Positions 39,085 through 50,084 are shown, counted from the stretch's first letter. The stretch: DNA of 64,000 bases from an uncultured delta proteobacterium (GCA_963711835.1 CAVQFQ010000015.1:96001-160000); one strand, 5' to 3'. The notes: generated by a model from the letters alone, not told the origin. Translations and numbers: made by a program.

Positions 39085-41976
39085 ATGGACAAATTCATCA
39101 ATCAGCTTAAACGCACTCCCTTGGGGGACCTCATCTGCCACCACGAAAAAATTCCGGCCCGGCCTTCCCACTGGGGGGACCTTTCCTTTCCCCTGCCCCA
39201 GGCCCTTCAACAGGCCCTGATCAAAAAAGGGATCCACAGGCTCTACAGCCATCAGGTGGAGGCCCTGGAAGCCATCCGAAAGGGTGAGCAGGTCATCGTT
39301 TCCACACCCACAGCCAGCGGCAAGACCCTGATCTATCTCCTGACCAGCCTGCAGCAGATGGTTCAAGATCCTCAGGCCCGGTCCTTATATCTTTTCCCCA
39401 TCAAGGCCCTGGAGCAGGATCAGAGAAAGGCCATTGAGGAATGGGGGCCTTTCCTGCCCGTGCCCCGGAAGGCTTTGAGCGCCATCTACGATGGGGATAC
39501 GCCGGTCTCCAACAGAAAAAAAATCCGTCAGGAACCGCCCCCCATCGTCATCTCCAATCCCGACATGCTTCACTTGGGCATCCTGCCTTATCACGAACAA
39601 TGGAAGGAATTCTTCCAGAACCTGAAAGTGGTCGTCCTGGATGAGGCCCACACCTACAAGGGTATTTTGGGCAGCCATGTGGTCCAGGTTATCCGGCGCT
39701 TGCAGCGCATCTGCAGCCTCTACCGGAGTTCTCCTCAATTTATCCTCTGCTCGGCCACCATCTCTCAGCCGGAGGTCTTTTCCAAGGCCCTGACCGGTCT
39801 GTCTTTCCAGGTGGTCAAGGAAAGCGGCTTCCCCTCTTCGGCCAAACATTTCCTCTTCCTGAATCCGGATATCAGCGCCTCGGTCATCGGGGCCCGGCTC
39901 TTTACCTATGGTTTGTCCAAAGGTAAAAAGACCATCCTCTTTACTCAGAGCCGGAAGGTCACCGAACTGATCCATACCTGGGTGGAACAGATGGTCCCGA
40001 CCCTGAAAGGGAAAATCAGTTCCTACCGGGCCGGATTTTTACCGGAAGAAAGGCGGACCATCGAAAGAAAGCTGGCCTCCGGTGAGCTGCTGGGGGTGAT
40101 CTCCACCAGCGCCCTGGAGCTGGGGATCGACATCGGGAGTTTGGATGTCTGCCTCCTGGTCGGCTACCCGGGCAGTGTTATCAATACCTGGCAGCGGGGC
40201 GGCCGGGTAGGACGGACCCAGAGGGAATCGGCCATCATCCTGATCGCTCAACCCGATGCCCTGGACCAGTATTTTATCCGTCACCCCGAGGATTTTTTTG
40301 AACGGGGCTTTGAGACGGCGGTGGTGGACCCGGATAATACCCCGATCCTGAAGGCCCACCTGCCCTGTGCCGCAGCAGAATCGCCTCTTCTTCGGGAGGA
40401 CCCTTTCTTCCGGCCCGAGCACCATTTCCGGGAGATTAGAGAACTGGAAAAGGAAGGGCGTCTTTTATTGAGTGCCCGGGGGGAGGAATGGATCTCCTCC
40501 AAGCGGAATCCTCAGCGGGAGGTGAATATCCGGTCCATCGGAGAGGCCTTTACCATTTTGAGGGGCAAAAAAGGGGAGGTCGTCGGGACCCTGGACCGGC
40601 TGCGGGCCTTTCGCGAATGCCATCCCGGGGCAATTTACCTGCACCGGGCCGAGTCTTATCTGGTGGAAGAGCTGGACCTGTTCGAGAAGAACGTCTATGT
40701 CAAAAAACAGGAAGCCAATTATTATACCCGGATCGTGGCCCAGAAAGAGACCGAGATCATCGAACAGGAAAAGGTCAGGCCGGTGGGGAATTTTCTGATC
40801 CATTTCGGAAAGATTCTGGTGACCGAGACCTTTACCGGTTATGAGAAAAGGGCCATCCACGGCCAGGAACTCCTGGGCGTCTACCCCCTGGAGTTACCGC
40901 CCCAGACCTTTGAAACCGAGGGCCTATGGATTGAGATCGAAGATGCCCTTCAGGATCAGATGAAGGCCTTTAACTTTCATACTATGGGCGGGCTCCATGC
41001 CTTGGAACACGGGGCCATCAGCATTTTTCCGCTTTATGCCCTCTGCGACCGCGGGGATATCGGGGGGATCTGTTACCCGCGCCATCCCCAGGTAGGCAAA
41101 GGGGCCATTTTTATTTATGACGGCTATGCCGGAGGGGTGGGCCTGTCCCGGAGAGGTTTTGAGATTATTGAAAACCTGTTGCAAAAGACGATCCTGCTGA
41201 TTTCGGAATGCGACTGCGAGGAAGGCTGCCCTTCCTGTATTCATTCCCCCCAGTGCGGTTCGGGAAACAAACCCCTGGACAAACAGGGGGCCCTCTACCT
41301 GGCCAAACTCCTCCTGGGGCAGACGCCCCTTAAGGCGCCCCGGAAGAAAACCGCTTCCGATGGAGGTGAACCCGAAAAAATCGGCTCCAAGCCTCAGGAA
41401 ATCAACCCCCTTCGGTTGGGATTTTTTGATCTGGAAACCCAGCGGCTGGCTGAAGAGGTGGGCGGGTGGGGAAATAAGCACCTGATGCGCCTCTCGGTGG
41501 GAGTGGTCTATGATTCCGGGGATAAAGGTTACCATCATTATCGGGAGGAAGAAGCCGACCGTCTCATCGAGCATCTGAAGCAGTTTGATCTGTTGGTTGG
41601 TTTTAATATCAAAAACTTTGATTACGGTGTCTTGAAGGCCTATTCCTCCTTTAATTTTGATTCCCTGCCGACCCTGGATCTGCTGGAGGAGGTTTTTAAG
41701 TGTCTGGGATTTCGCCTGACCTTGGACCATATCGCCCGGAAGACCCTGGGGGCGCCGAAAGGCGGTAATGGACTGCTGGCCGTGCAATGGTTTCGGGAAG
41801 GGAATTGGGAGGAATTGATCCGCTATTGCCGGCAGGATGTGGAGATTACCAAGTCCCTGTTCGAATTCGGTCAGGAAAAAGGTCACCTGCTCTTCGAAAG
41901 CAAAGGGGGCCAGGTAGTTCGCTGTCCGGTGGATTGGAGCCCGAAACGGATTGAAAGCTTTCTAAAAGGACGGTGA
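39085..41976 (+). CDS. YprA/MrfA-family DEAH helicase (DUF1998) fused to YprB/MrfB-like DEDD exonuclease
   Basis: PTASGKT, DEAH, SAT, ALELGIDIG, QRGGRVGR; CDCEEGCPSC; C-terminal FFDLET, GFNIKNFD, YCRQDV. Confidence 0.88.
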   Translation: MDKFINQLKRTPLGDLICHHEKIPARPSHWGDLSFPLPQALQQALIKKGIHRLYSHQVEALEAIRKGEQVIVSTPTASGKTLIYLLTSLQQMVQDPQARSLYLFPIKALEQDQRKAIEEWGPFLPVPRKALSAIYDGDTPVSNRKKIRQEPPPIVISNPDMLHLGILPYHEQWKEFFQNLKVVVLDEAHTYKGILGSHVVQVIRRLQRICSLYRSSPQFILCSATISQPEVFSKALTGLSFQVVKESGFPSSAKHFLFLNPDISASVIGARLFTYGLSKGKKTILFTQSRKVTELIHTWVEQMVPTLKGKISSYRAGFLPEERRTIERKLASGELLGVISTSALELGIDIGSLDVCLLVGYPGSVINTWQRGGRVGRTQRESAIILIAQPDALDQYFIRHPEDFFERGFETAVVDPDNTPILKAHLPCAAAESPLLREDPFFRPEHHFREIRELEKEGRLLLSARGEEWISSKRNPQREVNIRSIGEAFTILRGKKGEVVGTLDRLRAFRECHPGAIYLHRAESYLVEELDLFEKNVYVKKQEANYYTRIVAQKETEIIEQEKVRPVGNFLIHFGKILVTETFTGYEKRAIHGQELLGVYPLELPPQTFETEGLWIEIEDALQDQMKAFNFHTMGGLHALEHGAISIFPLYALCDRGDIGGICYPRHPQVGKGAIFIYDGYAGGVGLSRRGFEIIENLLQKTILLISECDCEEGCPSCIHSPQCGSGNKPLDKQGALYLAKLLLGQTPLKAPRKKTASDGGEPEKIGSKPQEINPLRLGFFDLETQRLAEEVGGWGNKHLMRLSVGVVYDSGDKGYHHYREEEADRLIEHLKQFDLLVGFNIKNFDYGVLKAYSSFNFDSLPTLDLLEEVFKCLGFRLTLDHIARKTLGAPKGGNGLLAVQWFREGNWEELIRYCRQDVEITKSLFEFGQEKGHLLFESKGGQVVRCPVDWSPKRIESFLKGR

Positions 41977-42054
41977 GGAGGCTGTTATTAGCCGCATACC
42001 CACCCTGTTCAGCCTTTGTCTGTGGCAAAATAATTATTTTGGAGGGTGTACGCG

Positions 42055-42438
42055 ATGCCGATTTATGAATATGAATGCCTGGATTGCCGTAAAAGGTCAT
42101 CCTTCCTGATCATGAACCTGGAGCGGGAGCTCTCGGAGTTGCGCTGCAAAAAATGTCAAGGTCCCAACTTGACCCGGGTCGTTTCCAGAGTCAATGTCAT
42201 CAAATCCGAAGAAGCCAGAATGGAGAGCCTGGCCGATCCTTCCAAATTGGGGGGCCTGGATGAAAACGATCCCAAAAGCATGGCCCGCTGGATGAAAAAA
42301 ATGGGCCAGGAGATGGGCGAGGAATTCGGCGGCGAGGACTTCGACCAAATGGTGGACGAAGCCATGCAAGGCGAGGGAAAGGGTGAAGGGATCGGAGGAG
42401 AAGAAGGCGGCGCTTCGGATTATGGGGATGATTTATAG
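42055..42438 (+). CDS. FmdB-family zinc-ribbon protein
   Basis: MPIYEYECLDC...CKKC, acidic tail. Confidence 0.88.
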   Translation: MPIYEYECLDCRKRSSFLIMNLERELSELRCKKCQGPNLTRVVSRVNVIKSEEARMESLADPSKLGGLDENDPKSMARWMKKMGQEMGEEFGGEDFDQMVDEAMQGEGKGEGIGGEEGGASDYGDDL

Positions 42439-42575
42439 AAGGGCCAGGCATTATCGTGCAAAAAGAGACTTATTAAAAGCCTGAATCCATTCGGTATGAA
42501 TTCGTGACTCACTCAAGCGACGTCCTGCACCAACGTCCCGGTTCTTGTCCGGAGCGAGGCTGAAAGGAGAACTCA

Positions 42576-43139
42576 ATGGAAAAGATCGAAGTGACTGCAG
42601 AGCGGCTCTATTACCCCATGCCCTGTTCGTTGGTAGGGGCGAACGTGGGGGGGAAGGCAAATTACCTCACGGTGGCCTGGTTCACCATGGTAAATCCCAA
42701 ACCGGCCTACCTAATGGTGGCCATGAACAAGGACCACTACACCAATTCGGGCATCACTGAGAACGGGACCTTCAGTGTCAACATTCCTTCAACAAACATG
42801 GCGGAGAAAGTAGACTACTGCGGGATCGTATCGGGCCGGAAATATGACAAATCGGCCATCTTCGAGACCTTCTACGGAAAGCTGAAAACGGCGCCGATGG
42901 TCAAGGAGTGCCCTTTCAGTGTTGAGTGCAAGCTTATCCAGACCGTTGAGCTGCCCATGGAACAGCTCTTTATCGGGGAGATCGTTGCCGCTTACTCGGA
43001 GGACCAGTACCTTACCGATGGGGCCCCCGATATGGCCAAGATAAATCCAATCTTGCTTATCCAACCGCGGAAAATGTACGCCGCCGTGGGACCCGATGTG
43101 GCTCCGGCCTGGGAAATAGGCAAGAAGCTTATTAAGTAG
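42576..43139 (+). CDS. Flavin reductase-like FMN-binding protein (flavoredoxin-like)
   Basis: YPMPCSLVG, FSVNIP, DYCGIVSG, APMVKECP, FIGEI. Confidence 0.88.
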   Translation: MEKIEVTAERLYYPMPCSLVGANVGGKANYLTVAWFTMVNPKPAYLMVAMNKDHYTNSGITENGTFSVNIPSTNMAEKVDYCGIVSGRKYDKSAIFETFYGKLKTAPMVKECPFSVECKLIQTVELPMEQLFIGEIVAAYSEDQYLTDGAPDMAKINPILLIQPRKMYAAVGPDVAPAWEIGKKLIK

Positions 43140-43162
43140 GACCGATACAAGTAACCGGTACC

Positions 43163-43403
43163 GACTGGGATTCTCAGGAAATGCCCAACTTTTTGAACAG
43201 GTCTTCAGAATCTTTGCAAACCATGAAGTCCTTTCCGGCATCGGTCTTTTCAAAGGTCCTCAAGGTGGTCTCATTAGGAATGACTACATCGAAAGGAGGT
43301 CCTTGGCGCAAGGCAGTTTGGCGGTAGAAAAGAGCAATGGCCTGTGGGCCGACAAACCCAGTTTCCCGAGCAAATCTTCGGCCTCCTTTTTTAGCTCCGG
43401 CTC
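43163..43403 (-). pseudogene. Truncated, decayed duplicate of the relB/dinJ antitoxin plus toxin start
   Basis: Aligns base by base with 50692-50933; lacks the 5' end, has a 1-bp deletion, and the toxin ATG is mutated. Confidence 0.88.
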
Positions 43404-43489
43404 AGGCGGCCCTGTATTGCAATTCAAGTTGACCGCTCCATAACCACCGGATAAAATAGGGGTTAAACTGTTACAGTCAAGGTAGGGAG

Positions 43490-45574
43490 ATGAACGAATC
43501 CCAAACGCATCCCGGCAGCAGCTTCCCCCTCGGGGCGACCGTTCTGTCCGGAGGCGTCAATTTCAGCGTCTATTCTAAAAATGCCGACAGGGTGGAGCTG
43601 CTCCTTTTTGACCGCGCCGCCGATACCCGGCCTTCCCGAATCATCTCTTTGGATATGGCGATGAACCGGACCTACTTTTACTGGCATGTGTTCGTACCCT
43701 GCCTCCGGCCCGGGCAGATCTACGGCTACCGCGTTTCTGGTCCCTTTGAGCCGGAAACCGGTTTGCGCTTCGATGGCCAGAAAGTCCTGCTCGACCCCTA
43801 CGGCAAAGCCCTGGCGATGCCGGATCAATACAGCCGGCTGGCCGCCAGCCTTCCCGGGGACAACGCTGCCGTCGCCCTTAAAAGCGTGGTGGCCGATCTG
43901 AGTCTTTATGACTGGGAGGGGGATAGGCCGCTTCGCCGCCCCTTTTACAACACGATCATTTATGAACTGCATGTCCGCGGCTTTACCCGCCATCCCAGTT
44001 CAGGGGTATCGGAAGAAAAGCGGGGCACCTATGCTGGTTTAATCGAGAGAATCCCCTACCTTAAGGACCTGGGCATTACCGCCGTGGAACTGCTCCCGGT
44101 CTTTCAGTTCGACGACCAGGACGCGCCCCCCGGGTTCAAAAACTACTGGGGCTACAGCCCAGTGAGTTTTTTTGTCCCCCACGGGGCCTACTGTTCCTTT
44201 CGGGACCCGCTCGGTCCGCTGGATGAATTCCGGGATATGGTCAAGTCCCTGCACCGGGCCGGGATCGAGGTGATCCTGGATGTGGTCTATAACCATACTA
44301 CGGAGGGGCATGAATACGGCCCAACCCTGTGCTACCGGGGATTGGAAAACCGGGCCTACTACATCCTGGAAGAAAACAACAGCCGTTACGCCAACTACTC
44401 GGGCTGTGGCAACACCCTGAATGCGGGCAACTCCATCGTTCGACGAATGATCATCGACAGCCTGCACCACTGGGTCAACGAAATGCACGTGGATGGCTTC
44501 CGATTTGACCTGGCCTCCATCCTCACCCGGGATGAAAACGGCCAACCCCTGGCCAATCCGCCGGTCCTCTGGGACATCGAATCCGATCCGGTCCTGGCTG
44601 GAACCAAGCTGATCGCCGAAGCCTGGGACGCGGCCGGTCTTTACCAGGTGGGCAGCTTCATCGGGGAGAGCTGGAAGGAATGGAACGGGAGATTCCGGGA
44701 TGACCTTCGGAGTTTCATGAAAGGGGACCGCGGCGCCGTTTCCCGGGTCGCCTCCCGACTGTTGGGCAGCCCGGACCTGTACGGCCATCAGGACCGGGAG
44801 CCGGAGCAAAGCATCAATTTTATCACCTGCCATGACGGGTTTACCCTCAATGACCTGGTCTCCTATAACCAGAAACACAACGAAGCCAACGGCGAGGAAA
44901 ACCGGGACGGGATGAATGACAACCTCAGTTGTAATTGCGGGGTGGAAGGCCCTACGGACGATCCGGACATTGAAAAACTCCGCAACCGCCAGGTGAAGAA
45001 CTTTCTAACCGTGACACTTCTGGCCATAGGGGCCCCCATGCTGCTCATGGGTGACGAAATGCGGCAGACCCAGGGGGGTAACAACAACGCCTATTGCCAG
45101 GACAATGAAATCAGTTGGCTGGACTGGAACCGCCTGGAACAACATGCCGACGTGCATAGTTTCGTTAAGAATCTGATCGCGGCCCGGTTGCGTTGGGACG
45201 CTTTCGACCCGAGCCGGGAAGTTTCGTTGAGCCAAATCCTGCGTCAGGCCCGGATTCAGTGGCACGGGATCAAACTCAGCCAACCCGACTGGGGTCCCGA
45301 CTCCCACAGCATTGCCTTGACGGCCTGGAGCCGGCGGGGGCGGTTATTGACCCACATCATCTTGAACGGCTATTGGGAACCGCTGGCCTTTGAACTGCCG
45401 CCGGTTCAAAACCTGCAGGGAAAGGCCTGGCACCGCTGGATCGACACTTCCCTGGCGCCCCCTGACGACATCGGCAGTTGGGCCAATGCCCCGGCCGTTC
45501 CCGGGGAGACCTACCTGGTTCAACCGTGGTCCATCGTGGTGTTGATGGAGCGAATCGGAAAAAATTCTTCCTGA
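43490..45574 (+). CDS. glgX: Glycogen debranching enzyme GlgX
   Basis: PLGAT, IYELHVRGFT, NYWGY, DVVYNHT, DGFRFDLAS, CHDGFTL. Confidence 0.95.
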   Translation: MNESQTHPGSSFPLGATVLSGGVNFSVYSKNADRVELLLFDRAADTRPSRIISLDMAMNRTYFYWHVFVPCLRPGQIYGYRVSGPFEPETGLRFDGQKVLLDPYGKALAMPDQYSRLAASLPGDNAAVALKSVVADLSLYDWEGDRPLRRPFYNTIIYELHVRGFTRHPSSGVSEEKRGTYAGLIERIPYLKDLGITAVELLPVFQFDDQDAPPGFKNYWGYSPVSFFVPHGAYCSFRDPLGPLDEFRDMVKSLHRAGIEVILDVVYNHTTEGHEYGPTLCYRGLENRAYYILEENNSRYANYSGCGNTLNAGNSIVRRMIIDSLHHWVNEMHVDGFRFDLASILTRDENGQPLANPPVLWDIESDPVLAGTKLIAEAWDAAGLYQVGSFIGESWKEWNGRFRDDLRSFMKGDRGAVSRVASRLLGSPDLYGHQDREPEQSINFITCHDGFTLNDLVSYNQKHNEANGEENRDGMNDNLSCNCGVEGPTDDPDIEKLRNRQVKNFLTVTLLAIGAPMLLMGDEMRQTQGGNNNAYCQDNEISWLDWNRLEQHADVHSFVKNLIAARLRWDAFDPSREVSLSQILRQARIQWHGIKLSQPDWGPDSHSIALTAWSRRGRLLTHIILNGYWEPLAFELPPVQNLQGKAWHRWIDTSLAPPDDIGSWANAPAVPGETYLVQPWSIVVLMERIGKNSS

Positions 45575-45590
45575 TAAGAAAGGAAAAATC

Positions 45591-46619
45591 ATGCCGGTTG
45601 CCGATTATCATAGGTACGGTCAGATGCTCGAGCGGGCCCGGGAAGGGCGCTTCGCCTACCCGGCCATCAACGTGACCTCCCTGACCACGGCTAACGCCGT
45701 CTTGAAAGGGCTGGCCGAAAGCCGGAGCGACGGAATCATCCAGGTCTCCACCGGCGGGGCGGCCTTCGCTTCCGGATCCATGGTCAAGGACATGTTCCTG
45801 GGAGCGGTCTCTATCGCCGACCATGTCCACCGGGTGGCCGAACGCTACCCGGTCTATGTAGCTCTGCACACCGATCACTGCCAGGCGGACAAACTCGCCC
45901 AGTATGTCCTTCCCCTGGTGGAGGAGACCGAAAAACGCCGAGCTGCCGGTAGGCCGAACCTCTTCAGCAGCCACATGTTTGACGGCAGTGCCCTGCCCCT
46001 GAAAGACAACTTAGATATCTCCCAAAAGCTTCTGGAGCGATTTCATAAAAGCGAATTGATCCTGGAAATCGAGGCCGGTGTGGTCGGCGGCGAGGAGGAC
46101 GGCATCAAGGCCGAGGCCTCGGCCAAGCTCTACACCACCCCCGAAGATACCCTGGAGGTAGCCCGCCGCCTTAATTCAATAAAGGGGGCCCGCTACCTGC
46201 TGGCCGCCACCTTCGGAAACGTGCACGGCGTCTACAAGCCCGGGGCTGTCAAATTGAAACCCTCCATCCTGCGAGACTGCCAGGAGGCGGTCGTCAAGCA
46301 CTATGGCGAGGAAGCCCGTTTCTTTCTGGTCTTTCACGGCGGATCGGGCTCGGAACTGGCCGATATCCATGAGGCCATTGATTACGGCGTGGTCAAGATG
46401 AATGTCGACACCGACACCCAGTACGCCTTCACCCGGGCCATTGTGCACCATATGTACCGGCACTATAATGAGGTTCTGAAGGTGGACGGTGAAGTGGGGA
46501 ACAAAAAGGCCTACGATCCCCGTCATTATCTGAACGAGGCCGAAGCCTCCATGGCCGAGCGGGTCAAACAAGCGGTAAGCGACCTGCGCTCAACCGGGAC
46601 GACGATGTTTAAAGCCTAA
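45591..46619 (+). CDS. fbaA: Class II fructose-bisphosphate aldolase
   Basis: LHTDHC, SHMFDGS, EIEAGVVGGEEDG, GNVHG, FHGGSG, NVDTD. Confidence 0.93.
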   Translation: MPVADYHRYGQMLERAREGRFAYPAINVTSLTTANAVLKGLAESRSDGIIQVSTGGAAFASGSMVKDMFLGAVSIADHVHRVAERYPVYVALHTDHCQADKLAQYVLPLVEETEKRRAAGRPNLFSSHMFDGSALPLKDNLDISQKLLERFHKSELILEIEAGVVGGEEDGIKAEASAKLYTTPEDTLEVARRLNSIKGARYLLAATFGNVHGVYKPGAVKLKPSILRDCQEAVVKHYGEEARFFLVFHGGSGSELADIHEAIDYGVVKMNVDTDTQYAFTRAIVHHMYRHYNEVLKVDGEVGNKKAYDPRHYLNEAEASMAERVKQAVSDLRSTGTTMFKA

Positions 46620-46645
46620 CTATTTCACCGCAAAGGTGCAAAGAA

Positions 46646-48745
46646 ATGAGCCGGGGCATCTATCTGCTCAGCAGCGAACCGCGCAGCGGCAAGACCCTCA
46701 CGGCCGTCGGACTGATGGAGGCTGTCTCCACCAGGCTGCACCCGCTGGCCTTGTTCAGGCCTGTGGTGGCCGAGGGCCCTGATCAGGACCCCCTGATCGC
46801 CTTTACGGCTGATCGGTACGGCGGCCATTTCCCCTATGAAGACCTTTACGGGGTAAACCACCGGAAGGCCCTGGAATTGATCACGACCCAGGAGAAAAGG
46901 GAGGAATTGTACGCCTTCATCCTGGAAAAATACAAGGACCTGGAAGCCCGCTGTGATTTTATTCTGGTGGTAGGTACCGGCTACCGGAGCGCGGCACCGA
47001 TGCTGGAGTTCGATTTCAATACCGACCTGGCCCGGCACCTTGGCCTGCCGGTCATGCCCGTGGTCAAGGGCTTTGGAAAACCGCTGGACATAATCATCCA
47101 GGCCGTCCAGGGCCTGGGGGAAACCCTCAAAGAAAAACGCTGCGATCTGCTGGCCTTCGTTGTCAACCGGGTCGATCCCGACAACAAGAAGGAGATCGAC
47201 GCCAGGCTTCAGCAGACCCTCGGAGGACTTTATTCCATTTTCACCCTGCCGGAGCACCCCCTGCTGGAGAAGCCGACCGTTCGGGATATCACGCAAGCCC
47301 TGAAAGCCGAACGAATAAGCGGCGAACCGGAGGCCTTCGACGGTCTGGTCCATCATTTTAAGGTGGCGGCCATGGAACTGCCTCATTTTCTTGATCACCT
47401 GGAGGAAGGCAGCCTGGTCATTACACCCGGCGACCGCTCCGACATCATCCTGGGCACTTTGGCCGCCGACCAGTCCCGGGCTTTTCCCAGAATCGCAGGG
47501 CTCCTGCTCTCGGGGGGTCAGGAACCGGCCCCCCAGATCATGCGGCTTCTCGGCGACTTGTCCCAGTCCAGCCCGCCGGTCCTGAGCGTGGCCACCGACA
47601 CCTTTACAACCGCCCTTCAGGCCAGCCGGGTCGAACCGGGCCTGGTCACCGAAGACCGGCGCAAACTGGCGGCCGCCGCCGGAATGATCGGATCTTCAAT
47701 GGACCTGTCTTTCCTCCTGGAACGCCTGGCCCTATCCCGGTCGGAGCTCCTGACCCCGCTCATGTTCCAGCACGAACTGCTGAACAGAGCCCGCCGGGAG
47801 CTCAGGCATATCGTGCTGCCGGAAGGTGAAGAGGAACGCATCCTCCGGGCGGCTGAAATCACCCTCCTGCATAAGGCCTGCCGACTTACTCTGCTGGGAA
47901 AGGTCGATGAGGTCAAACAGAAGATTGCTGCCCTGGGCCTTTCCCTGGAAGGGGTGCCGATCATCGACCCGGCTACCTCCGAATTGAGAGCAGAGTTCGC
48001 CGAGGCCTATTATCAAGCCCGCCGGCACAAGGGCATTTCCAGGGAAATGGCCTTTGACACCCTGGCCGATGTCAGCTATTTCGGCACCATGATGGTCCAC
48101 CAGGGAAAGGCCGACGGCATGGTTTCCGGTTCGGTTCATACCACGGCCCACACCATCCGGCCGGCCCTGGAGTTCGTTAAAACCAGGCCGGGTACGCTGC
48201 TGGTCTCCAGCATATTCTTCATGTGCCTGCCTGACCGGGTGCTGGTTTATGGGGATTGTGCCGTCAACCCCGATCCCACGGTTGAGGAGTTGGCCGATAT
48301 TGCGGCCAATGCCGCGGCCACAGCCGCCGCCTTCGGCATCGAACCCCGGGTGGCCATGCTGTCTTATTCCACCGGGGAATCAGGGAAAGGGCCGGAGGTG
48401 GAAAAGGTGCGGGAGGCGACCCGGCTGGCCAGGAATCGTTTTCCGGACCTGAAGATTGAAGGCCCCATCCAGTATGATGCGGCCATCGACTCCGAAGTGG
48501 CCCGGGTCAAGATGCCGGCAAGCGAAGTGGCCGGCCGGGCCACGGTTTTCATTTTCCCGAACCTCAATGCCGGGAACAGCGCCTACAAGGCCGTGCAGCG
48601 TGCCGCCGGCGCTTTGGCCATCGGCCCCGTTCTCCAGGGCTTGAACAGGCCGGTCAACGACCTCAGCCGGGGGGCCACCGTGGCCGATATCGTCAACACC
48701 ATCGCCATCACGGCCATTCAAGCCCAGCAGGTAAGGGAGGCCTAA
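46646..48745 (+). CDS. pta: Phosphate acetyltransferase (long form: BioD-like + DRTGG + PTA)
   Basis: TPGDRSD, IVLPEG, GDCAVNP, QYDAA, NDLSRG. Confidence 0.95.
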   Translation: MSRGIYLLSSEPRSGKTLTAVGLMEAVSTRLHPLALFRPVVAEGPDQDPLIAFTADRYGGHFPYEDLYGVNHRKALELITTQEKREELYAFILEKYKDLEARCDFILVVGTGYRSAAPMLEFDFNTDLARHLGLPVMPVVKGFGKPLDIIIQAVQGLGETLKEKRCDLLAFVVNRVDPDNKKEIDARLQQTLGGLYSIFTLPEHPLLEKPTVRDITQALKAERISGEPEAFDGLVHHFKVAAMELPHFLDHLEEGSLVITPGDRSDIILGTLAADQSRAFPRIAGLLLSGGQEPAPQIMRLLGDLSQSSPPVLSVATDTFTTALQASRVEPGLVTEDRRKLAAAAGMIGSSMDLSFLLERLALSRSELLTPLMFQHELLNRARRELRHIVLPEGEEERILRAAEITLLHKACRLTLLGKVDEVKQKIAALGLSLEGVPIIDPATSELRAEFAEAYYQARRHKGISREMAFDTLADVSYFGTMMVHQGKADGMVSGSVHTTAHTIRPALEFVKTRPGTLLVSSIFFMCLPDRVLVYGDCAVNPDPTVEELADIAANAAATAAAFGIEPRVAMLSYSTGESGKGPEVEKVREATRLARNRFPDLKIEGPIQYDAAIDSEVARVKMPASEVAGRATVFIFPNLNAGNSAYKAVQRAAGALAIGPVLQGLNRPVNDLSRGATVADIVNTIAITAIQAQQVREA

Positions 48746-48758
48746 CAAGAGGCGGATC

Positions 48759-49983
48759 ATGAAGCTACTGGTCATCAACAGCGGAAGTTCCTCCATCAAG
48801 TTTGAGGTCTTTGCAGGAAAGGACTGCCGGCTGCTCATCAGCGGGCTGCTGGAAAAAATCGGCAGTCCGGATACCCGACTTCGCCTGAAGCGGCGTTCTG
48901 AAAGCGGGGCTTTTATCACATCCGAAACCATGGAAGAGGTGGCCGATCACGCCGGCGGATTTGCTTTGATCGGCCGGGTGAATGCCCGGGATAAGAACAT
49001 CGCCTCGGAATCGGATCTTTTCGGTATCGGACACCGGGTGGTTCATGGCGGCGATTTGTTCCAGGATCCGACCCTGATTACCGCGCCAGGTTGTTGCGGC
49101 TATCCGAAGGCTCATCCCTCTGGCCCCGCTTCATAATCCATCCAACCTTTTGGGCATCGAGATTCTGCGGAAGTCGTTTCCCCGGGTACCCCAGGTGGCG
49201 GTCTTCGACACCATGTTCCACCAGACCCTTCCGCCCCAGGCCTATCATTACGCCCTTCCCTATGAACTCTATGAAAAGCATCATGTCCGCCGGTACGGAT
49301 TTCACGGCACCTCCCACTTCTATGTGGCCAAAGAAGCGGCCAGGCACCTGGGCCGGCCCTTTGAGAAAACCAGCCTGATCACCCTGCATCTCGGCAACGG
49401 GGCCAGCGCCACGGCCATTAAAATGGGCCGAAGCATAGATACCTCCATGGGGCTTACCCCTTTGGAAGGCCTGATTATGGGGACCCGATGCGGAGATATC
49501 GATCCGGCCCTTCACTTTTACCTGCTGCGCGAAACCGGGACGACCCCGGAGGAACTGGAGGGGCTCCTCAACTCCCGCAGCGGGCTCAAGGGGCTTTGCG
49601 GGTCAAACGACCTGCGGGAAATCATCGAACTGATGGAGAGAGGAAATACCCGGGCCCGGCTGGCGGTGGAGATGTTCTGTTACCGGATTAAGAAATACAT
49701 CGGCGCCTACCTGGCGGTGCTCGGCCGGGCGGAGGCCGTCGTCTTCACCGGAGGCATCGGGGAAAATGCACCGGTCATCCGGCAAAAGATCTGTGATGGC
49801 CTGGAAGGCCTGGGTATTGGTGTTGATGAAGGTAAAAATCGCGCTTCCTTGGGAAGCATTTCCGAAATTCAGAGGGATGGGCTGCCTATTAAAGTGCTGG
49901 TCATCAAGACCGATGAGGAATTAGAAATCGCCCGCCAGACCATCCAAGTCATTGAGCAAGCCGCGGGTTCAAACAGCAGGTAA
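48759..49983 (+). CDS. ackA: Acetate kinase, +1 indel at ~49086
   Basis: NSGSSSIK, GHRVVHGG; shifted frame PLAPLHNP, GFHGTSH, HLGNGAS, FTGGIGEN, TDEE. Confidence 0.9.
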
Positions 49984-50084
49984 CTTAGTCATCCTCAGCG
50001 CGGCATAGCCGCAACCAAATCCGAAACCCGGGAAAAGATAAAAACAATCTCTCGCAGAGCGCGCCGAGAACACAGAGATTCTCT

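Noticed and set aside
39085-41976. DISARM/Druantia defence system
   Set aside because: No methylase, DrmC/D or other partner genes; the architecture fits the YprA/MrfA repair family
43163-43403. DGR template/variable repeat pair with 50692-50933
   Set aside because: Mismatches involve all bases plus an indel and are not A-specific; ordinary decay explains them
24810-49100. Programmed ribosomal frameshifting in the SBP, ligase and ackA
   Set aside because: No slippery heptamers at the shift sites; uniform +1 insertions fit sequencing error
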